Assembly (NCBI GenBank): GCA_002269645.1
Contig: NIVC01000974.1
Location: 186,001-250,000 of the forward strand
Length of the DNA stretch: 64,000 nucleotides
Direction of reading: 5' to 3'
Source of the DNA: Macrostomum lignano
Taxonomy: Eukaryota
Part shown: piece after piece, positions 10,440 through 20,921 of the stretch
How the letters are laid out: the number at the start of each line of letters is the position of its first letter
Numbering within the stretch: the stretch's first letter is position 1
The notes under the pieces: generated by a model
Told to the model about the DNA's origin: nothing
Database searches by the model: none
The model's input: only the letters and a program-made list of their open reading frames with translations
Made by a program: the position numbers and the translations under genes

Positions 10440-11122
10440 CTTAGCGGCTCTGCTGAAAAAAGCAGATCATTTTACTGTTTCTACGTGATTTCGAACTATG
10501 AGCAATCTTAGACAAATTTTGTCTATCGAACCCAGCCAGTGCTAAATTTACTTGAGTACTCGTATCTTTTATTAAAAAATAAAATTTAATAAATTTTAAA
10601 GTGGGTGGTTTTGAACTATTAAAACAGACAGTGCTTACTAATCTGCGTATATTTCAAATTGAACAAATGTTTCAAAAGACTACTGCTCTGCTATAAAAGA
10701 ATATTTATATATAAATATCACAGTCGTTTAGAAGGTGGAGAAGCACTGCAGACTTGGAAGGTGATGCAGTCACATGATGCGCAACGGAGTAAAGTACATT
10801 TTACTAAGGCGAATAGGCACAATATCTAAAATCCAAGTCCGTTTAAAGATAAAGGAACAAGACACTGCGGAGTTCAAGTGGATGCATCTTGCGAGTATAA
10901 AAGTTCGCCTACTGAAGAGTAGCAAAGAACTTTGAACGTGTGTGTCTAGTCGCAAAAATGCGGCGCTTATCTACTCTTTTCAGTAGCAGCTTAGGGTTTT
11001 TTGCCTTTTAATAAGTAGTAAAAGTAAATATTATTCTCAATTTTACAATTATTTTGTTTTTGAAGCTGCAACAATCGCCTTTGGCCTTCTACGAGTACAA
11101 GCAGATAAACTTGGTCTCATTT

Positions 11123-11265
11123 CCTTACTGCTCTCTGATTGGCTGAGCTAGATTGGGCCTGCCTCCTAGACTGAGTTTCGTCCGTCTGATTTTGCCCTCT
11201 CTCCTTACTGCTCTCTCATTGGCTGAGCCATATTGGGCCTGCCCCCTAGACTGAGTTTCGTCCGT
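11123..11265. repeat. Two 63-bp direct repeats, each with two CCAAT boxes on the minus strand
   Basis: 11123-11185 vs 11203-11265, 4 mismatches. Confidence 0.85.
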
Positions 11266-11801
11266 TTTGCGTTCACTTGTGCACATCGAGTTATAAATGC
11301 TTGTTGATCATTCTTAACTCCATATGCTCCGCAAAACCCGAGGAAGAAAAGGCAATTTTAGCTGCCACATTAAATCCAAGTGACAACTGAAAAAGAGTAG
11401 ACTATTTACTTTTTTCACAACTTTAATTGCAGGTGACATCCAGTTATTCTAGTACAGTATCTATGGCTCAACCCCTCCACACTAAATCTCTACCCAATTT
11501 TTTATTGCCCTCCCTCGGTGTTCCAAGCCTAAATCTGCCATGTACATTTCAGATGGCACTGGCTAATGTACATTACGGCTGCACCAATTATCTGATAGAA
11601 AGTTGTTTGCGCCTGCAATTTAAATGTTCGAATACAGAAAATCGTATACTATCTAGTATTTATCTACAGTCCATATTGAAAGCCTTCAGTAATTTTTTTT
11701 AACTCAACAACAATTCTGTTGCTCAATAACCGCTAAAAATGAAACTGCATTTACGCTCATAGTTAATGTGAATAATGGATAGTTTCATTGATTATCTAAC
11801 A

Positions 11802-14077
11802 CTACTCGTCCTTCGAGCTCAAATCCTCAACCAGAAGGCGCACCAGCCGTTTCAGCTCGGCCAGCCGCTCAGGCGGAGTCTCCGGCAGCAGGCCGGCGCC
11901 TACGTTGCACACGTAGCGCTTGGCGCCGAAAGAGCGCAACATCCGTCTGACGTGATCGCGCAGCACCTCGCTGGGCGCATAGGCCAGCAGGGCCGGGTCG
12001 AGGTTGCCCTGGACGGCAACTCCTGCCGCGGCGGCCACCCGACGGCAGTGCTCCGGCCGCATCGTGTGGTCAACGCCCAGCACGTCGAAGCCGCTACAGG
12101 CGAGCTCCTCCAGAACGCTGTGGCAGGAGGGAGCAAACAAAATCAGCGGCACGCCTGGTCCAATCCGGGCGCGAACCTCCGACGCCAGCCGGCGCAGTCT
12201 GGGCAACGCGAACTGGCAGAACAGGTTTGGCGACAGGCGGCCCGCCAGCGGCTCAACCACCTGCAGAGCCTGCGGCATGGGATAGCGCGACATTGCCATG
12301 AAGCACGATTGCCCATCCGCCCAGTCCCATCTCTGCCTAGTCCCATCTGCCTAATCCCATCTGCTCAGTTCCATCTGCCTAATCCCATCTGCTCAGTTCC
12401 ATCTGCCTAATCCCATCTGCTCAGTTCCATCTGCCTAATCACATCTACTTAGTCCCATCCGCCTAATCCCATCTGCTCAGTTCCATCTGCCTAATCACAC
12501 CTGCCTAGTCCCAACTTCTTAATCACATCTGCCTAATCCCATCTGCTCAGTTCCATCTGCCCAATCCCATCTACTTAGTCCCATCCGCCTAATCCCATCT
12601 GCTCAGTTCCATCTGCCTAATCACATCTGCCTAGTCCCAACTTCCTAATCACATCTGCCTAGTCCCATCTACTCAATCCCATCTGCCTAATCCCATCTGC
12701 TCAGTTCCATCTGCCTAATCACATCTGCCTAGTCCCAACTTCCTAATCACATCTGCCTAATCCCATCTGCCTAGTCCCATCTACTCAATCCCATCTGCCT
12801 AATCCCATCTGCCTAATCCCATCTGCTCAGTTCCATCTGCCCAATCCCATCGACTTAGTCCCATCCGCCTAATCCCATCTACTCAGTCCTATCTGCCTAA
12901 TCCCATCTACTCAGTCCTATCTGCCTAATCCCATCTACTCAGTCCTATCTGCTAAGTCCCATCTGCACGACTGCACCATTCATTGAATTCATCCAGTGTA
13001 AAATATGAATAGCATGCTTGGGCGCAACCTAGGGATTCACCCGGCCGTTTCTATTGGCAACACACACATGTAAGTCGCTATTGGACGGAATAGTAATCAC
13101 GTGACTCTCAGCCAATGGCGACTTACATGTGTGTGTTGCCAATAGAAACGGCCGAGTGATTTCCAAGGTTGCGCATGTATGATGAATAGCCTGAGTTACC
13201 CAGTCCTCCACAATCGGTGAGAATCCACAGTAACCCATTCACTTTACATGTAATTCACCATTATCCATTTAGCTTCCAGCCGCTTTACCTGAGCTCCGGC
13301 AGCCACCTGATCAACTAGAAAGTCAACCAGCAGGCCAGTCAGCTTGTCTAAGAGCCTCTCGCACGCTTCTGGCTGACTGTAGAGCCACCCGACGGCCAGC
13401 CCGGGGTCGCCAGCCATGCGAGCCAGCAGCGTCCATGGCGCTCCAGCCAGGCCCAGCAGGACGGCGCGGCCCATTAGCCTACGCCTGGCCAGATTAAGCG
13501 CCTCCAGTACGCAGTGCAGCCGGCCACGAGCGGCCCCAAATTCCAGCGCCAATGCCGCTCTGTCTGCCGGGCCGGTCAGCGGCTCCGACACAATCAGACC
13601 GGCGCGTTGATTGACACCGCCGACGCTTTGCTTAGCAACTAATCCCAAAGCTATTGGTACCAGTATGATGTCTGTGAAGATTGGCGCCGCGTCAAGTTCG
13701 CAACGAGTCAAGGGTAGAACAGTCAGCTCGCTGGCCAGCTCAGGATTTCGGCACAGCTCGGCGTGACCGTGGTGCGCCAGCAGCTGCCGGTATTCGGGCA
13801 GGTGCGGCCCGGCCTGGCGCAACAGCCACAAGGGGACGCGCAGGCCAGTTGCGGGTTCGCCGAAAACGGCGCGCAACAGGATGTCGTTAAGCAGAGGCGG
13901 CAGATCCCCGAAATCGACGACAAAGTCGGCCGAGACGGCTTGGACGCGATTGAAGCCGGACAGACCTTGCTGCTGCTTTTTCTTGTTCCTCTGCTGCTCA
14001 GGCAATGGCTGAGTCCGCCACAGTTGCGATCGAGCCGACTGGCCCGCACTGGAGCTGGGATTCGGCAGGGACAGCAT
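11802..14077 (-). CDS. UROD: Uroporphyrinogen decarboxylase-family protein, divergent active site; exons 14077-13289 and 12269-11802 (418 aa)
   Basis: LNDILLRA, WLLRQAG, LDAAPIFTDI, GLAGAPWTL, QVAAGAQ|ALQV, QGNLDP, RYVCNVGAG are collinear with UROD/HemE. Donor GTAAAG at 13288, acceptor CAG at 12272-12270, phase 0. Confidence 0.9.
12326..12966. repeat. 14-bp tandem array (cccatctgcctaat / cccatctgctcagt) in the UROD intron
   Basis: Alternating 14-bp variants visible directly. Confidence 0.92.
13042..13154. other. Near-perfect inverted repeat (43-bp arms, 27-nt loop) in the UROD intron
   Basis: cggccgtttctattggcaacacacacatgtaagtcgctattgg ... ccaatggcgacttacatgtgtgtgttgccaatagaaacggccg, 1 mismatch. 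Confidence 0.9.
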
Positions 14078-14255
14078 GAAGGCAGCAGGTCATTGAACCA
14101 ATTTCTACTCTAAACTAAGCTAGCCCACTGACACAGCAAACCTATTGAATGTTGCTAGCAGCGTGGCTAGAGGTGTACCTACATACGAGCTCGTAAGTAT
14201 ACCACAATGAGGCAAAGACATACATACTCAGAGACGAAACATATTTAGGGACACA

Positions 14256-17200
14256 GCAGTATACATAACCAGAGACCGGAGACACAGCATACATGCCCAG
14301 AGACCGGAGACACAGCATACATGCCCAGAGACCGGAGACACAGCATACATGCCCAGAGACCGGAGACACAGCATACATGCCCAGAGACCGGAGACACAGC
14401 ATACATGCCCAGAGACCGGAGACACAGCATACATGCCCAGAGACCGGAGACACAGCATACATGCCCAGAGACCGGAGACACAGCATACATGCCCAGAGAC
14501 CGGAGACACAGCATACATGCCCAGAGACCGGAGACACAGCATACATGCCCAGAGACCGGAGACACAGCATACATGCCCAGAGACCGGAGACACAGCATAC
14601 ATGCCCAGAGACCGGAGACACAGCATACATGCCCAGAGACCGGAGACACAGCATACATAACCAGAGACCGGAGACACAGCATACATGCCCAGAGACCGGA
14701 GACACAGCATACATGCCCAGAGACCGGAGACACAGCATACATGCCCAGAGACCGGAGACACAGCATACATGCCCAGAGACCGGAGACACAGCATACATGC
14801 CCAGAGACCGGAGACACAGCATACATGCCCAGAGACCGGAGACACAGCATACATGCCCAGAGACCGGAGACACAGCATACATGCCCAGAGACCGGAGACA
14901 CAGCATACATGCCCAGAGACCGGAGACACAGCATACATGCCCAGAGACCGGAGACACAGCATACATGCCCAGAGACCGGAGACACAGCATACATGCCCAG
15001 AGACCGGAGACACAGCATACATGCCCAGAGACCGGAGACACAGCATACATGCCCAGAGACCGGAGACACAGCATACATGCCCAGAGACCGGAGACACAGC
15101 ATACATGCCCAGAGACCGGAGACACAGCATACATGCCCAGAGACCGGAGACACAGCATACATAACCAGAGACCGGAGACACAGCATACATGCCCAGAGAC
15201 CGGAGACACAGCATACATGCCCAGAGACCGGAGACACAGCAAACATGCCCAGAGACCGGAGACACAGCATACATGCCCAGAGACCGGAGACACAGCATAC
15301 ATACACAGAGACCGGAGACACAGCATACATACACAGAGACCGGAGACACAGCATACATACACAGAGACCGGAGACACAGCATACATACACAGAGACCGGA
15401 GACACAGCATACATACACAGAGACCGGAGACACAGCATATATACACAGAGACCGGAGACACAGCATATATACACAGAGACCGGAGACACAGCATACATGC
15501 CCAGAGACCGGAGACACAGCATACATGCCCAGAGACCGGAGACACAGCATACATGCCCAGAGACCGGAGACACAGCATACATGCCCAGAGACCGGAGACA
15601 CAGCATACATGCCCAGAGACCGGAGACACAGCATACATGCCCAGAGACCGGAGACACAGCATACATGCCCAGAGACCGGAGACACAGCATACATAACCAG
15701 AGACCGGAGACACAGCATACATGCCCAGAGACCGGAGACACAGCATACATGCCCAGAGACCGGAGACACAGCATACATGCCCAGAGACCGGAGACACAGC
15801 ATACATGCCCAGAGACCGGAGACACAGCATACATGCCCAGAGACCGGAGACACAGCATACATGCCCAGAGACCGGAGACACAGCATACATAACCAGAGAC
15901 CGGAGACACAGCATACATGCCCAGAGACCGGAGACACAGCATACATGCCCAGAGACCGGAGACACAGCAAACATGCCCAGAGACCGGAGACACAGCATAC
16001 ATGCCCAGAGACCGGAGACACAGCATACATACACAGAGACCGGAGACACAGCATACATACACAGAGACCGGAGACACAGCATACATACACAGAGACCGGA
16101 GACACAGCATACATACACAGAGACCGGAGACACAGCATACATACACAGAGACCGGAGACACAGCATATATACACAGAGACCGGAGACACAGCATATATAC
16201 ACAGAGACCGGAGACACAGCATACATGCCCAGAGACCGGAGACACAGCATACATGCCCAGAGACCGGAGACACAGCATACATGCCCAGAGACCGGAGACA
16301 CAGCATACATGCCCAGAGACCGGAGACACAGCATACATGCCCAGAGACCGGAGACACAGCATACATGCCCAGAGACCGGAGACACAGCATACATGCCCAG
16401 AGACCGGAGACACAGCATACATAACCAGAGACCGGAGACACAGCATACATGCCCAGAGACCGGAGACACAGCATACATGCCCAGAGACCGGAGACACAGC
16501 AAACATGCCCAGAGACCGGAGACACAGCATACATGCCCAGAGACCGGAGACACAGCATACATACACAGAGACCGGAGACACAGCATACATACACAGAGAC
16601 CGGAGACACAGCATACATACACAGAGACCGGAGACACAGCATACATACACAGAGACCGGAGACACAGCATACATACACAGAGACCGGAGACACAGCATAT
16701 ATACACAGAGACCGGAGACACAGCATATATACACAGAGACCGGAGACACAGCATACATGCCCAGAGACCGGAGACACAGCATACATGCCCAGAGACCGGA
16801 GACACAGCATACATGCCCAGAGACCGGAGACACAGCATACATACACAGAGACCGGAGACACAGCATACATACACAGAGACCGGAGACACAGCATACATAC
16901 ACAGAGACCGGAGACACAGCATACATACACAGAGACCGGAGACACAGCATATATACACAGAGACCGGAGACACAGCAGTATACATAACCAGAGACCGGAG
17001 ACACAGCATACATGCCCAGAGACCGGAGACACAGCATACATGCCCAGAGACCGGAGACACAGCATACATGCCCAGAGACCGGAGACACAGCATACATGCC
17101 CAGAGACCGGAGACACAGCATACATACACAGAGACCGGAGACACAGCATATATACACAGAGACCGGAGACACAGCATACATACACAGAGACCGGAGACAC

Positions 17201-18392
17201 AGCATACATACACAGAGACCGGAGACACAGCATATATACACAGAGACCGGAGACACAGCAGTATACATAACCAGAGACCGGAGACACAGCATACATGCCC
17301 AGAGACCGGAGACACAGCATACATGCCCAGAGACCGGAGACACAGCAAACATGCCCAGAGACCGGAGACACAGCATACATACACAGAGACCGGAGACACA
17401 GCATACATACACAGAGACCGGAGACACAGCATACATACACAGAGACCGGAGACACAGCATACATACACAGAGACCGGAGACACAGCATACATACACAGAG
17501 ACCGGAGACACAGCATATATACACAGAGACCGGAGACACAGCATACATGCCCAGAGACCGGAGACACAGCATACATGCCCAGAGACCGGAGACACAGCAA
17601 ACATGCCCAGAGACCGGAGACACAGCATACATACACAGAGACCGGAGACACAGCATACATACACAGAGACCGGAGACACAGCATACATACACAGAGACCG
17701 GAGACACAGCATACATACACAGAGACCGGAGACACAGCATACATACACAGAGACCGGAGACACAGCATACATACACAGAGACCGGAGACACAGCATATAT
17801 ACACAGAGACCGGAGACACAGCATATATACACAGAGACCGGAGACACAGCATACATACACAGAGACCGGAGACACAGCATATATACACAGAGACCGGAGA
17901 CACAGCATATATACACAGAGACCGGAGACACAGCATACATGCCCAGAGACCGGAGACACAGCATACATGCCCAGAGACCGGAGACACAGCATACATGCCC
18001 AGAGACCGGAGACACAGCATACATGCCCAGAGACCGGAGACACAGCATACATGCCCAGAGACCGGAGACACAGCATACATGCCCAGAGACCGGAGACACA
18101 GCATACATACACAGAGACCGGAGACACAGCATACATACACAGAGACCGGAGACACAGCATACATACACAGAGACCGGAGACACAGCATACATACACAGAG
18201 ACCGGAGACACAGCATACATACACAGAGACCGGAGACACAGCATACATGCCCAGAGACCGGAGACACAGCATACATGCCCAGAGACCGGAGACACAGCAT
18301 ATATACACAGAGACCGGAGACACAGCATACATGCCCAGAGACCGGAGACACAGCATACATACACAGAGACCGGAGACACAGCATACATATAC
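14256..18392. repeat. 28-bp satellite (about 147 units) with higher-order blocks
   Basis: Unit gcatacatgcccagagaccggagacaca; rare variants recur at 728 bp (15241/15969) and 532 bp (15969/16501). Confidence 0.98.
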
Positions 18393-18878
18393 AGGACTCT
18401 AAGCAGGAATAACTGTAAACATAACCACAAAATGTATAAAACATAAAGACAAAGTGCACGGCTGCTAAAACTGCAGCATCAGGAATTGAATATATTATAA
18501 AAAGATGACCAGCAAGTCAACAGTAATGTTTAATGATACAAGCACACTTACTATTAGGTCCGAAATTGAACTTGAAGATGTATTAACACACCGATACTGT
18601 AATGCTTTTGCGCCCTGAGGAAGCCAGATTTTACAAAACTGTTATTCTAGAGATCCATCGGTAAAAGCTCAAATGGACTGAAGGTTTCCTTTTACAGGGA
18701 TATGAAAATGCCAGACTAGCCGATAGTACTAAGAGCGCATAGGCTTACACTAAAATACCAAATGCATAATATCTGTTTAAAGAATACAAAGTACTATTAT
18801 TAACCGGTGTAGGCGCGGCACAAAGTTGCACTGATTAGTTATTAGAAAGTAAACAGATCTCGCCTAGGACGCGCGATC

Positions 18879-20019
18879 TTATTGCTGCCACCAATAATCC
18901 ATCTGATAGATAGAAGCGCCTTGAAAGTTATAAGCATGTTGCTGCTGTAATTGCTGTTGCTGCTGCTGCTGCGGTTGTAAGGCGCCAGTAGACCAGTTGG
19001 CCGGCCAGACTGGCGGCGGCTGAGGCGCGGCCGGCATAAGCGGCCGGACGAACGCCGTCGAGATGCCCATTGCGCCTCTAGAATGGAGCGGCTGTGGCTG
19101 CTGGTGCATAAACAAATGCGGCGGAAACGGCGGCTGTGGTGGAAACGGCGACTGCGGAGGAAACGGCGACTGCGGAGGAAACGGCGACTGCGGCATGAAG
19201 CCTGGCGTGTTTGACGGCCAATTCATCAGTGATGGCGGCGGGCCCATCGGCGGGCCGGCAGAGGACGCGGCGGAACTTTCTGCGGACTGCGAATGCGATT
19301 GCATTGGCAGCAAGGGACGCAGTGGACGAGGCGAAGGTAAAGCAACGATTCGCTGTTGCTCATCCAGCTGCCGCTGCTCTTCATCCAGCTGCCGCTGCTC
19401 TTCATCACGCTGCCGCTGCTCATTAATCTGTTTCGCCGCGAATCGAGGAGGCACAGTGGGAGCAAAGAATGACACAGCGTTTGGATCCAGCGCAGCGGAG
19501 ACAGAGTGCTCTGCAAAGTTAATGATGGGTTGAAACGGCATCGAAGTTTGATTAATATTATTTATCCTTCATATATATATTAATGTATACATGTAAATAA
19601 TATAAAAAACAAACTACATAAACCAACAAAAAGCAGAGAAAACAGAAAGAAACAGGTGTGAGTATGTGCGCAAGCGAGTGAGAAGCTGCTAAACTAGGAG
19701 TAGACGTTGGGGCGAGGCATTGGAACTCACTCTGCTGAGTCTGACAGGGCAAGTCAGACTCGCTGCTGCTGCTGGCATCGGAGCCCTGCTCAGGTTCTTC
19801 CAAGCAGAACAGCTGCAGCTGAACTGAGCAGCGAGTCAGCCTGGCCCTGGCTGAGCTGAGCAGCCCGCTGCAGGCCGGCTGTCGCACCGAGGCCAAATCG
19901 GCTCGGATGCCGGCCAGGGCGCCGGCCGCGAGGGAGACCCTCTGGCGGATGCTGAGTCTGGACTTCTTCATCTGAGCGTCGCTCCGTCTCATGGAATCGC
20001 GATTTGCCGCTGCAAGCAT
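18879..20019 (-). CDS. Uncharacterised protein with PAM2-like motif and P/Q-rich tail; exons 20019-19731 and 19510-18879 (about 306 aa; 5' end uncertain)
   Basis: GC3-rich frames; donor GTGAGT at 19730 and acceptor ttgCAG at 19513-19511 are both phase 1; SAALDPNAVSFFAP resembles PAM2 (LNPNAxxFxP). Confidence 0.65.
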
Positions 20020-20277
20020 TTTTGCAGATTTTACTAAATATGATTTCAGATTACCTTTTTTTCTCCGACTCTTTTGTTGTACCTGCCGCCATAGCCAGGG
20101 GATTTGAATAAAAAGCGAAGGGATTTGGGAATGTTATTTCACAGAAAAATAACGCCAATCTAGGATCAAAAAAGAAACTAAATATACAGATAAATAAAAT
20201 ACATTGCTAGCTGTTTTTCTTAGAACTAAGCCGACCCGACGCAAGAGCGCATTTCAGACTCTTAATCTCTGACTCTG

Positions 20278-20467
20278 CCCCTCTTGTAAATATATTATCG
20301 ATCGGCCCTCAGTTCAACCCCTCTTGTAAATATATTATCGATCGGCCCTCAGTTCAACCCCTCTTGTAAGTTTATTATCGATCGGCCCTCAGTTCAACCC
20401 CTCCTGAACATTTATTATCGATCGGCTCTCAGTTCAACCCCTCCTGTACATTTTTTATCGATCGCCC
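20278..20467. repeat. 40-bp tandem repeat, about 5 copies
   Basis: cccctcttgtaaatatattatcgatcggccctcagttcaa recurring every 40 bp (20281, 20321, 20361, 20401, 20441). Confidence 0.9.
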
Positions 20468-20921
20468 CAAAAAGTCAATCCAACCACACTGGTTCAACCT
20501 TCTTTATCGTTCCATCCACTGGATTTGCCTAGCTCAACTTATCCTCCCTATCTTTGCGACTCTCATTTCGATTGATAATCAGATTTTTATCATAAACTAC
20601 CTGTACTTTCGGCATTGTGCCCATCTGACATCTCCTGTCCTAACCTAAACTAAGTTGCCCTGTTCATATTCATTTCCACTAGTAATAACATATATTTCAT
20701 GAGACTGGTTGAAGTCCAAAGCATAGTCAATTAGATTTAGTCATAAGCACTCCGAAGGTGAGCAGTACCATACTGCATCAAGCTTAACTATGTATTAGGA
20801 ACAAAAACTCCCCTTCCCGTTTGGGAACTTGGAACTCACGAATTCCAATTAAAAACAAACACACACAAACAACAAGACAAAGAACATGCAATGTTGCATA
20901 CTAGAAAGTGTAAAGCTTAAA

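Noticed and set aside
11802-14077. Bacterial hemE acquired by horizontal transfer
   Set aside because: Has a spliceosomal intron at the position recalled for human intron 6 and follows the animal sequence closely.
14142-18459. Three 1400-aa minus-strand ORFs and many plus-strand ORFs
   Set aside because: Products of a stop-free 28-bp unit; 28 is not a multiple of 3, so all frames give the same cyclic peptide. No coding evidence.
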